A stretch of DNA of 64,000 nucleotides from a virus (taxonomy: Duplodnaviria > Caudoviricetes). Within the stretch, counting starts at the first letter, position 1. Each line of letters begins with the position of its first letter. Below the pieces are notes generated by a model. The model was not told the DNA's origin. It ran no database searches and saw only the letters and a list, made by a program, of their open reading frames with translations. The DNA is taken from positions 32,001 through 96,000 of the IMG/VR virus record IMGVR_UViG_3300031992_000042; one strand, 5' to 3'. Shown here piece after piece: positions 49,436-58,140 of the stretch. Both the position numbers and the translations under genes were made by a program.

Positions 49436-49867
49436 ATGCATGATTTATCTAATTACAATATTTATACTTGTAAAGATGGCAGAGTTAGAGCATATAACAA
49501 AATAACTCATGCTGTAACATCCTATCCAAGATTACTAATGGAAATAAAACTTGGACGACCTTTATTAAAAACAGAAGATGTTCATCATATTGATGAAAAT
49601 CCGCAGAATAATAACATTGAAAATCTAGAAGTTGTTGATCATCGCGAGCACGATAGGCAACATGCACGAAAATATTTTGATAAAGAAATGATATGTCCAA
49701 TTTGTGGCAAAACGTTTATTTGGACGGCATATCAACAAGTAAAAAGAGCTGGTAATATGCAAAGAAAAAATAGAATAATACCTAAAATCGGACCATGTTG
49801 TTCTAAATCATGTGCTGGTAAAGCAAGTGCAATGACAATTAAAGAAAATAAAAGAAAGGCTGTTTGA
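49436..49867 (+). CDS. Free-standing HNH homing endonuclease
   Basis: R...E..LGR.L...EDVHHIDENPQNN.IENL.V....EH; C-terminal CPIC...CS..C. Confidence 0.85.
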   Translation: MHDLSNYNIYTCKDGRVRAYNKITHAVTSYPRLLMEIKLGRPLLKTEDVHHIDENPQNNNIENLEVVDHREHDRQHARKYFDKEMICPICGKTFIWTAYQQVKRAGNMQRKNRIIPKIGPCCSKSCAGKASAMTIKENKRKAV

Positions 49868-49881
49868 CAGCCTTTATATAT

Positions 49882-50167
49882 GCTCTCTTGTCGGAATTAG
49901 GCATACGAAGCGGACTTTGAAATGAGCACCAAGATAAGAAATTTCTTGAGTGAATGCTGGCTAATTCGGTGAAACTCTCATTGAGACAACGCCGAGCTAA
50001 ATTCGTAGCGATACGATAAACGTGTAGAGACTATATACCAGCTACCTAAATCGAAAGACATGGTAAAGACATAGTCCAGACTACAACAGAAATGGCTGTG
50101 GCGACACAGAGTAGTAAGAAAATCCGTTGCCCGAAAGGGATTGGGGGTTCGATTCCCCCAGAGAGCA
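49882..50167 (+). tRNA. tRNA-Leu(UAA) interrupted by a group I intron (exons 49882-49917 and 50119-50167)
   Basis: GCTCTCT/AGAGAGC acceptor; spliced anticodon arm GCGGA-CTT|AAAA-TCCGT; long variable arm; GGGGG-TTCGATT-CCCCC T arm. Confidence 0.88.
49918..50118 (+). mobile_element. Group I intron (201 nt) in the tRNA-Leu(UAA) anticodon
   Basis: P AATTCGGTGAAAC, Q AACGCCGAGCTAAA, R GTGTAGAGACTA, S AAGACATAGTCCA; U before the 5' splice site, terminal G. Confidence 0.88.
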
Positions 50168-50327
50168 CGTTCGAGGTTCATACAGCGAAAGCTACCCTCG
50201 CGGACGAAGGTATGAATACTACACGGTCTTAAACCCAACAGGACAAACAGCGGCAGTAGTTGTAGGTTGAAGTCGAGCAATGGGGAACAACCTTCTGGCT
50301 GCTAGGAAAGACTAGCTTCATATATAT

Positions 50328-50404
50328 GCCAGATTAGCTCAGTTGGCATGAGCAGTTGATTTGTAATCATCAGGTCAAGGGTTCAAGTCCCTTATCTGGC
50401 TCCA
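50328..50404 (+). tRNA. tRNA-Thr(UGU)
   Basis: Cloverleaf, loop TT-TGT-AA, encoded CCA. Confidence 0.9.
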
Positions 50405-50642
50405 AGAACGTCTGAGACAGAATTCTAGAACAACTGTCAATAAGAAAACACTCTATGAGATAGACCTTTAAGGATAAAATGCTCCTGCACTCGAGAAAAG
50501 CGAAAATAAAAATTTACGCAGGATTTCGGAAGCTCGTTTTCTTAACGTTCCACATTACATCATTATTAAAAGACAAATTCTCCTACGATGACTTATAGGA
50601 AAGACTATACGGTTGCTGGGTGCTGCTAAACCCAGTGCTTAT

Positions 50643-50716
50643 GCTCCGCAAGCTCAATTGGTCGAGCAGTCGGCTTATATCCGAAAGGATCGTGGGTTCA
50701 AGTCCCCGGCGGAGTA
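50643..50716 (+). tRNA. tRNA-Ile(UAU)
   Basis: GCTCCGC/GCGGAGT acceptor; TCGG-CTTATAT-CCGA anticodon arm. Confidence 0.75.
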
Positions 50717-51000
50717 CTAGGAGAGATGGCAAGTAAATGCAGGACGCTGCATAGTGAAGGACACTACTCGAGAATAGCCCTGTAACTGCGCAGGATAAGA
50801 GAACGCCGTGGGTGTACACAAAAACCAGAATATAATAAAGCACGGTCTGAACAAAAGTTCTTCTGCTCTCCTTATTATCCGTCGCTGTGGGCAATAAAAT
50901 GCAGATATCCTTAACAGGACTCTCTTGCGGGACGGATATTACCGCTGTACTAGTGTACAGTTGGTTCCTGGAGTCGTCTTTATAGACGGCTCCTGTTTAT

Positions 51001-51071
51001 AGCCCTTTAGCGTAATGGTAGCGCAGTGGACTTTGACTCCATATGTGGTAGTCCGATTCTACCAAGGGCTG
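51001..51071 (+). tRNA. tRNA-Gln(UUG)
   Basis: AGCCCTT/AAGGGCT acceptor; GTGGA-CTTTGAC-TCCAT; G discriminator; T loop TCCGATT. Confidence 0.8.
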
Positions 51072-51072
51072 C

Positions 51073-51590
51073 TACATCCTAACCAAATAATCGGGACGTT
51101 ATATATCACTCCTGCGGGTAGTAAATAAGGACGTGGCTACTGATTAAGTACACCTGTTAGTTTCAGGGGCGCAGGTCGCGTATAACGTTTCTAAAAAGCC
51201 CGCCCGGTGGCGTAGGATGACGAGCTAAGCATTCTCATATAAACTGCTTTTAACAGTCTAGCCAACAGGTTCTGAAGTTATTCATCCGAGTGGCTTCCGT
51301 AGAGTATGATGTGGCTGTCGTACATGCGTGATGACCCAATGAAGTTAGTAAGAACAAAACTATGGCTTGCGTTTGTCTGGAGCGCAGCTGAAAATCTATC
51401 CATGATTTGAACTGTCTGTCAACCGCGTCCGAAGTTGCCTTGTTATTTTATGAAACTATAGTTCGCCTTCTAACTGACAACTAGATATAAGTCGAAATAG
51501 CAAATAAAAGTTGATAAGGTTAGGTAGGAGCACTGCCGTGACGCGCCAGTAATGCACCTTTGAGTCGCATATGTGGTCGCACGGCATTTT
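51073..51590 (+). ncRNA. Candidate large structured ncRNA in the tRNA cluster
   Basis: No ORF; long-range pairings CCTAACC/GGTTAGG and ACCTGTT/AACAGGT; 3' hairpin TGCCGTG/CACGGCA. Confidence 0.45.
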
Positions 51591-51637
51591 ATTGTTTATT
51601 AGCTTTTAAAGCATATTTATATAAAATTTGAAAAAGG

Positions 51638-52166
51638 ATGGTATGTATGAGAAATGGATATAAAATGCTCTTTATGCCAGAACATCATCGTGCAGATATA
51701 ACAGGATGTGTTTATGAACATGTTATTGTCGCAGAACAAAAAATAGGACGAGAATTAAAAGATGAAGAAGTAGTCCATCATATTGATGAAAATAGAAGTA
51801 ATAACTCACCAGAAAATTTAATGGTTTTTGCAAATACAGCAGAACATAGTGCTTATCATGCCACACATGAGGCATATCAGATTGATAATATTTGGTATGC
51901 ATCAAGAAAAAGAAAGCCAAAAGAATGTAAAATTTGTGGCAAAATGTTTATTCCTAAATATAAAAATATAAATTATTGTTCGCATAAATGTGCACAAAAA
52001 GCTAATAGAAAATTACCAGATATCGACCAAGTTGTAAATGTACTTCGAAAAAAACAACGGCAATATGAGTGCTGTCAGCAGAATTTTTAATGTTACTCCT
52101 AATGCAATTGTAAGAATACTTAAAAGAAATAATTTGCCATATCATAGTAATGATTATGCAAATTAA
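51638..52166 (+). CDS. HNH homing endonuclease; C-terminal HTH displaced by an apparent +1 frameshift in an A7 run (52048-52054)
   Basis: VYEH..VAEQKIGR.L...EVVHHIDENRSNN.PENL; alternative frame NGNMSAVSRIFNVTPNAIVRILKR. Confidence 0.75.
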
Positions 52167-52174
52167 ATATATAT

Positions 52175-52248
52175 GGCTCGTTAGCTTAGCCCGGTAAAGC
52201 AGCCGCCTGTTAAGCGGAAGAGCGTAGGATCGAAGCCTACACGAGCCG
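52175..52248 (+). tRNA. tRNA-Asn(GUU)
   Basis: GGCTCGT/ACGAGCC acceptor; CCGC-CTGTTAA-GCGG; atypical T loop ATCGAAG. Confidence 0.8.
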
Positions 52249-52251
52249 CTT

Positions 52252-52373
52252 TGGGAAGTAGTTTGGAGAGTCCAGCGTAAGACTCCATAGAAAAGTAAGA
52301 GCTAGCGCAGTTCTGAATTCGCTGGTAAAACGGCTCTACGCAGCAGATACTGGTTCGAGTCCAGTCTTCTCAA
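52252..52373 (+). ncRNA. tRNA-like RNA with a large D-loop insertion and a degenerate anticodon arm
   Basis: TGGGAAG/CTTCTCA acceptor, GTTT...TGGTAAAAC D arm, ACTGG-TTCGAGT-CCAGT T arm. Confidence 0.5.
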
Positions 52374-52744
52374 CTTGCTCTCTTAATGGGATACAGAGAG
52401 CGTTTGTACCTCCTTTCAGGTTGAATAAACATTGCTCCGATGTTTACAGTTGCCGCTGGTTTAGTAGGAGCGCTTTTTGCCAACCGCAAGCGGTTGGCTT
52501 TATACCGTGAATCCTATAACTAATTTACAAGTCTTAACCTGTTACATTGATTATAGGATATTTTTTTATGCCCTGACACGTAAGTTCTTAATGAATGGCT
52601 CGTCTCCATTCGGGGTAAACTGCATAACTCACAGAAAAGTGTGAAGCACTGCGAAGAGTTTGGATAGCATCTCTGGAAGTTCTCGTGCTATCCGCTGATC
52701 ATCATCTTATTTATAAGAAAATTTGATTAATGGAGGGATGAAAG

Positions 52745-53353
52745 ATGATCAAAGTTACTCTTATTAGCACCAATGGACGCAAGACCGACATGTTTGCAGA
52801 ACATCAGACTCCGCGTGAAGTATTTGAATACTTCGATGTTGATTATTCCGTCGCGACAAACACTATTGATGGTGTCAGGATTGGTATCGGTGACATGGAC
52901 AAGTCTCTGAAAGAGCTTGGCGCAGGAGCTGAATGCCGTATCTCGTCAATTGTTAAGACCGATAATGCTGCGCACATTGATCTGACTGGCGCTGCGGCTG
53001 TTCTGGTTTCCGATGTGAAACTGGAAGACTGGAAGCGTGTCGAAAAGTACGCACCGGAAGCTCTGAAAATCGTCGATGAAGAAGGCGATGTTGTCTTCAA
53101 GGTTATGACTTGTTGCTGCACTGGTTCTGTTAATGAAAACGGAGTGTGTTTCGGCACATACACCAACGAAGGCGGTCTTGCAACTGTGACAGTTCTGATG
53201 GACGATGAAGTAGAAGATCGTCTTCAGGCAATTAAAGATGTTGCTGGGCAGGCTCTGCTGGATCTGAATGATATTGAAAAGGATATTCCTCAGATTCTGA
53301 AGGACATTGAAGAGAAAGAAGCGGAGATTGAAAAGCTGATTGTAGCTAAGTAA
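52745..53353 (+). CDS. Ubiquitin-like (beta-grasp) domain fused to a C-terminal domain
   Basis: N-terminal ~75 aa have a beta-grasp pattern (IKVTL...TPREVF...IDG...DKSL.ELG....I..IVK.DNA); first gene of the E2-JAB-E1 cluster. Confidence 0.65.
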   Translation: MIKVTLISTNGRKTDMFAEHQTPREVFEYFDVDYSVATNTIDGVRIGIGDMDKSLKELGAGAECRISSIVKTDNAAHIDLTGAAAVLVSDVKLEDWKRVEKYAPEALKIVDEEGDVVFKVMTCCCTGSVNENGVCFGTYTNEGGLATVTVLMDDEVEDRLQAIKDVAGQALLDLNDIEKDIPQILKDIEEKEAEIEKLIVAK

Positions 53354-53366
53354 TCTCCGATACATA

Positions 53367-53398
53367 GGGGCTGAGGTTAAACTCAGCCCCTTTTTTTA
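53367..53398 (+). terminator. Intrinsic terminator between the Ubl and E2 genes
   Basis: GGGGCTGAG / CTCAGCCCC stem followed by T8. Confidence 0.85.
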
Positions 53399-53427
53399 AA
53401 AATTATAAGGAGATTAAAAGTACAAAA

Positions 53428-54846
53428 ATGTTTAGAGAACATATTGAAAAACCAATTGATCCTATTCCGCAGGTTTACGCTGACAAAATTCAGCGCCTGT
53501 ATAACGAACCTGATTATAGTTTAACCTCTCTTGGTATTGCACTTCTTAAATCACGTATTGAAAATTATGACGGTATTACTGGTGTTTATTATAGCTACGA
53601 CAATAAAGTAAATGCATTTAAGGACTTTGTTAATCGAGTAAATTCTGTCGATACTCATCCTTTGTATTGCTATTATATATATAGTACAGATAACGATGTT
53701 TCAGATATTATAAATGAAAATCTGTCTGAATTTAAAGAAAGAAAAAATATTTCTGCATTCATTAAAGAAAAGTCCGACAACGAATGCACTGTTTTATATC
53801 ATGAAACAAAGAATGCAGTAGGTATCTTTGTTAATTCAAGAGATTTTCGACTGTATCATCTTCTGATGTCATTCGTTTCTTTGTATTATCCTTCTTTGTT
53901 TGTAGAAAAGAAGATGACAGAAGAAGACTATACAATTGTTAAATCATTATCTAATAAAGAAAAAGATAAGTTTTATACAAGTGTTCAGAACGTATTAAAG
54001 CCTTTCACGATTGAATTTAGAAGGCTTCAACTTAGTTCTTTAATGAAAGATATTCATGATGTAAAGATTAACAATGCTTTGAACAATGTAAATAATCTGA
54101 GAAGTAGTGCAAATTCTATCGAAGAACAGCTTGGACGTGTTATCGCACAGTTAAAGGATGCTATTGTACTTTATGAAGGTATGAAAGCTACTGAAAATTA
54201 TGATGCTCCTGAAGAAGAATTGGTAGAATATCTTTCAAATAATGCCGATATTCATGGTCTTGATATTAGAGATCATCATTTATATTTCTCTGTTACAACA
54301 TTGCTGAACAATTTTAATCAGCAAGCATGGGATACGTTTAGCAATCGTGGGAATATTTATGACGGCGAATATAGCGCAAATTTGCTTGACGTATTCAAGA
54401 AAAGAGAAAACAGAAAGATCATTCTTGATGCTATCTTCAGTGAAGACCCGAAACTGTTTGTGCGAATGGCTGGAAATTATATTATCAATCTTGATCAGTG
54501 TAGAGTATCTACCAGTTCTGGATATGATTATGAAAATGTCGATCCTATATTTAAAGATTATATGCCGAATCCGCATTTGAAAATCTTCGAATGTCTAGGC
54601 GGATATAGAGACCGAATTATGCCCGCGTTAAGAGATCGTAATTATATTTCAGCTATTGAAATTTGTATTGCTTCAGCAGGATCTATTAATCTTGATGAAG
54701 TTACCCAAACATTCAGACCATTCTTAGGATGGATTCTGTCTAGTACAAATAAGATTATGCAAACTCAGGATGGAACTGCCATGACACCTGAAGAGGCACT
54801 TGTATGGTTAATTGATAATAAGGAGAAAGATAATGCGACCGATTAA
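53428..54846 (+). CDS. Prokaryotic E2-like conjugating enzyme (C-terminal) with a coiled coil
   Basis: PNPHL....CLG catalytic pattern, then S.N..E; operon context. Confidence 0.65.
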   Translation: MFREHIEKPIDPIPQVYADKIQRLYNEPDYSLTSLGIALLKSRIENYDGITGVYYSYDNKVNAFKDFVNRVNSVDTHPLYCYYIYSTDNDVSDIINENLSEFKERKNISAFIKEKSDNECTVLYHETKNAVGIFVNSRDFRLYHLLMSFVSLYYPSLFVEKKMTEEDYTIVKSLSNKEKDKFYTSVQNVLKPFTIEFRRLQLSSLMKDIHDVKINNALNNVNNLRSSANSIEEQLGRVIAQLKDAIVLYEGMKATENYDAPEEELVEYLSNNADIHGLDIRDHHLYFSVTTLLNNFNQQAWDTFSNRGNIYDGEYSANLLDVFKKRENRKIILDAIFSEDPKLFVRMAGNYIINLDQCRVSTSSGYDYENVDPIFKDYMPNPHLKIFECLGGYRDRIMPALRDRNYISAIEICIASAGSINLDEVTQTFRPFLGWILSSTNKIMQTQDGTAMTPEEALVWLIDNKEKDNATD

Positions 54847-55657
54847 TCTGTCGAATGAGGCAATAGAAAAATTATACGGTGAATTTCTTGAAAAATTCAA
54901 GAATGAAATAGCAAATTACGGTTTTAACGGCGGTTCTTCGATGACAATTAAAACTAATTTCGAAGAAGTTGCTAAAGAAAAGGTTATTATTAGATATACA
55001 CAGGAAGCGTTCTTGCGTATGCAAGCGTTGGTAGATTTCTTTGATTCTGAAGTTGCATGGTATGGGCTTTGTGAACGGCTCGGAGAAAAAGAATTTAGAG
55101 TGTATGACGTTAAGGTTTGTAAGCAAGAAGTTACAGGAGCTAAAGTAGATACAAGCGATGAAGACACTTTAGAATTCTTCTGCAGTCTAACTGATGATGA
55201 AGCTGAACATTTGCATTTTCAGGCTCATAGTCATGTGAAAATGTCTACTGGAGCATCAGGTACGGATATTCAGAATCAGCAGGATGTTGTAAAGAATATG
55301 GGTAAGACTGGTTATTATATTTTCCAGATTTGGAACAAAAATAACGATATTAATACTTATCTGTATGATTTAGATAATAATGTTTTCTATGATCGAAAAG
55401 ACGTAATGATCGTGATCGAAGATAGCCTTGGAGATCTGGATGACTTTATTGCATCTATTGCTGATTGTGTTGTAGAAAAGAAAACATATCCATATCAGTA
55501 TAGTGGAAGTGGCTATGCTGGAAATTACTATAATAAATCCGTAGAAACGAAAACTCCAAAAAAAACAAAAGAAAACGAAGAAGATGACTACGACACGGTC
55601 TATCTAGGAGAATATTATGATGGTATTCATGGATATTATGGAAGGAGCGATTGGTAA
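54833..55657 (+). CDS. JAB/JAMM metallopeptidase (deubiquitinase-like)
   Basis: EVAW...HSHVKMSTGASGTD matches E...HxH-x7-S-x2-D; AAGGAG RBS before MRPIN. Confidence 0.85.
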   Translation: MRPINLSNEAIEKLYGEFLEKFKNEIANYGFNGGSSMTIKTNFEEVAKEKVIIRYTQEAFLRMQALVDFFDSEVAWYGLCERLGEKEFRVYDVKVCKQEVTGAKVDTSDEDTLEFFCSLTDDEAEHLHFQAHSHVKMSTGASGTDIQNQQDVVKNMGKTGYYIFQIWNKNNDINTYLYDLDNNVFYDRKDVMIVIEDSLGDLDDFIASIADCVVEKKTYPYQYSGSGYAGNYYNKSVETKTPKKTKENEEDDYDTVYLGEYYDGIHGYYGRSDW

Positions 55658-56329
55658 TTGAATTTATCAAAAAGCTTTGAGTTTTTTAATCCTGAAGTGT
55701 GTATAGATACTATTCATATTATCGGCTGCGGTTCAGTTGGTTCAACCGTAGCCGAACTTCTTGCTAGGTTTGGTTTAAAAAATGTTAAACTTTACGATTT
55801 CGACTTTGTAGAAGAGCATAATTTGGCTAACCAAATGTTTACAACAGAGAACTTGTATAAACCAAAGGTTGAAGGCGTATATGACCGATGGGTTTCTATC
55901 AATCCTGAAGCCGCTAAAACAATTAAATTATATGGTGACGGTTGGACAGGACAAAAATTAAACGGTTATGTATTTCTGTGTGTAGATAACATTGAACTTC
56001 GCAAGAAGATCGTAGAAGAAAATAAGTATAATCTGAACATTAAAGCAATGTTTGACTTTAGGACGAGTTTAGATACAGCGCAGCACTATGCAGCAGACTG
56101 GTCTAAGCCTAAAAGTATTGAAGCGTTGCTTGATACAATGGATTTTACTCATGCAGAAGCTGAGAAGAATACTCCAATGAGTGCTTGTAAAGTTTCTTTG
56201 TGTGTAATGCCAACTGTTTGGTCTGTGGCAATGGCTGGTGTAGTAAATTTTGTAAATTTCGTTAAAGAAGGCAAATTAGAACAGGCTGTTATTACAAGAC
56301 CATTTGCATTTGATACTCTTATTTGTTAA
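55658..56329 (+). CDS. E1/ThiF-family activating enzyme
   Basis: IIGCGSVGS, DFDFVEEHNLANQ, KPKVE, CVDN..R, candidate catalytic Cys in SAC. Confidence 0.9.
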   Translation: MNLSKSFEFFNPEVCIDTIHIIGCGSVGSTVAELLARFGLKNVKLYDFDFVEEHNLANQMFTTENLYKPKVEGVYDRWVSINPEAAKTIKLYGDGWTGQKLNGYVFLCVDNIELRKKIVEENKYNLNIKAMFDFRTSLDTAQHYAADWSKPKSIEALLDTMDFTHAEAEKNTPMSACKVSLCVMPTVWSVAMAGVVNFVNFVKEGKLEQAVITRPFAFDTLIC

Positions 56330-56330
56330 T

Positions 56331-56850
56331 AAAGTCCATCAACTTCGGTTGGACTGTTTATGTTATAAATAGTAACGCTTTGCCCGGTAGGAGACGACGG
56401 GCCAAATGCCCAGACGGCTGGAGGTGCTGCACTGCTTACTGCTGAAAGAGGCAAATCAAATTAGAAAACCTATAAAATAACTAATTTACACCTATTCAAT
56501 TGAAGAAATTCACTTGAATCAACCATAAAGTCGCCTGGGAAAAGAAGACTGAATCTTAATTTAGTTTATAAACAAAAGAGTATTAAAAATATCATATAAA
56601 GACCTTCAACTTATGTTGGACAATTTATGTTATAAGTTGTAACTCTTTGCCGGGGAATAGTGAAACGACGCGGGCATGTCTGAAGAACATTCCACTCCCG
56701 AAATCATCGTAGAACAAAATGAACTGCTACTATACAAACTGAAAATTAAAATATTCAGTATTAACAGAACCATTAAGATAAATAGACCAATACGACGGAC
56801 GTCAAGAAACTCCCTGGGATCTCCTAATTTAGTTTATATGATACAAGAAA
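56331..56850 (+). ncRNA. Two tandem ~270-nt units with conserved ends upstream of the RT (putative msr-msd-like RNAs)
   Basis: Both units share TCAACTT..GTTGGAC..TTTATGTTATAA.T.GTAAC.CTTTGCC.GG, ACGACG, CCTGGGA and TAATTTAGTTTATA; middles are divergent. Confidence 0.6.
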
Positions 56851-56861
56851 AGGAAGTAAAA

Positions 56862-58004
56862 ATGATTTATATTACAACAATGCAGCATAGGAAGCCAAGG
56901 CAATTATCTTGGGAAGATGTCATTATGGAAAAAGAAATTTTTAATGATTTTACTAATGACAAGTCTTCATCTACTGCAACAATTACAAGAAAATACGAAG
57001 AAGTAAAAGAAGAAGTTCTTAACAGAATTAACGTAGATGCTATGATTAGATGGCTAAAACAGTTTAATGATTCGAATAAAGAACTGTTTGAAGCAGATCG
57101 TAAGTCTCTGTATTCGTCGTTTAAGATTCCGAAAACGACTGGTGGATTCAGGCAAATTGATGCTCCTTGTGAGAAATTGCAAGACGAATTACAACGATTG
57201 GTACATTTCATTGGGGATGATTGCGGTGTGCTGTATCATACTGCTGCGTTCGCCTATGTAAAAGGCAGAAGTATTGTTGACTGCATAAGGAAACATCAGA
57301 AGAATGAATCTATGTGGTTTCTGAAAACAGACTTTAGTGGGTTTTTTCCAAATACTACTTTGAATTTTACAATGAAAATGTTGTCGATGGTATTTCCACT
57401 GTCTGAAGTATGTAAAAGAGAAGATGGATATAAAGAATTAGAAAAAGCAATCAGCCTTGGATTCTTGAACGGTGGACTTCCTCAAGGAACTGTGTTGTCT
57501 CCGATGCTTACAAACATTTTTATGATTCCGATTGATCATAAATTGTTTAATGAATTGGCGGATCGACACATTGTTTATACACGATACGCTGATGATATTC
57601 ATATTTCAGCTCAGGAAAAATTTCCTTGGCAAGAAATTGTTAAATTGATTGAAGATACGCTAAAAGAATTTAATGCGCCTTGGGTAATTAAGAAAGAAAA
57701 GACACATTTTGGTAGTAGAAAAGGTCGCAACTGGTCATTAGGATTAATGCTGAACAGTGATAATAATATAACTGTTGGATGGAAGAAGAAACAATATTTC
57801 AAGGCTGCGCTATGTTCGTTTATTCTTGATACAAAGAATGGCAAACATTGGGATATTGGAGATGTTCAACATCTTCGTGGTCAATTGTCCTATTATACAA
57901 TGGTTGAAAAAGATTATTTTAATAGCATTATAAAACAGCAAAATAAGAAATGGAATGTAAATGTAAACGATATGTTTAAAGCATATCTCAATGGAACTGT
58001 TTGA
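56862..58004 (+). CDS. Retron-like reverse transcriptase (380 aa)
   Basis: F.IPK..GG.R.I.AP, H..AFAY..GRS, KTDF..FF, LPQG..LSP, YTRYADD, KEKT; AAGGAAG RBS before MIYIT. Confidence 0.85.
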   Translation: MIYITTMQHRKPRQLSWEDVIMEKEIFNDFTNDKSSSTATITRKYEEVKEEVLNRINVDAMIRWLKQFNDSNKELFEADRKSLYSSFKIPKTTGGFRQIDAPCEKLQDELQRLVHFIGDDCGVLYHTAAFAYVKGRSIVDCIRKHQKNESMWFLKTDFSGFFPNTTLNFTMKMLSMVFPLSEVCKREDGYKELEKAISLGFLNGGLPQGTVLSPMLTNIFMIPIDHKLFNELADRHIVYTRYADDIHISAQEKFPWQEIVKLIEDTLKEFNAPWVIKKEKTHFGSRKGRNWSLGLMLNSDNNITVGWKKKQYFKAALCSFILDTKNGKHWDIGDVQHLRGQLSYYTMVEKDYFNSIIKQQNKKWNVNVNDMFKAYLNGTV

Positions 58005-58035
58005 CAAAGAAAAGTCGAAAGACTTATTTAATGTT

Positions 58036-58140
58036 ATTAAATAAAACGAGAAAAGACTACATGTAAATAATAAAACTTGATCGTTCCTGAAGGCGGAACT
58101 AAAGTACCGCCTTCAGGAAGATCAAGTCTTCTTATTTAAT
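58036..58140 (+). ncRNA. Long-hairpin element downstream of the RT, closed by a 9-bp inverted repeat
   Basis: ATTAAATAA/TTATTTAAT flanks enclose a ~21-bp stem at 58075-58127. Confidence 0.5.

Larger units (their letters stand above)
44699..52511 (+). repeat. Three copies of GCCARCCGCAAGCGGYTGGC-NN-TATACYKTGAA at 44699, 47904 and 52479
   Basis: Hairpin with a compensatory change (AA/TT versus AG/CT) and a conserved 3' tail. Confidence 0.85.

Noticed and set aside
55658-56329. Thiamine or molybdopterin biosynthesis ThiF/MoeB
   Set aside because: No cofactor pathway genes nearby, no Zn-binding CxxC pairs, and the context is JAB plus E2 plus Ubl
56676-56861. N-terminal extension of the RT in the ORF track
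   Set aside because: Overlaps the second ncRNA-like unit; the better RBS and start are at 56862
56331-58004. Diversity-generating retroelement or group II intron
   Set aside because: No TR/VR pair differing at adenines and no avd gene seen; no maturase domain or domain V hairpin seen; RT motifs are retron-like
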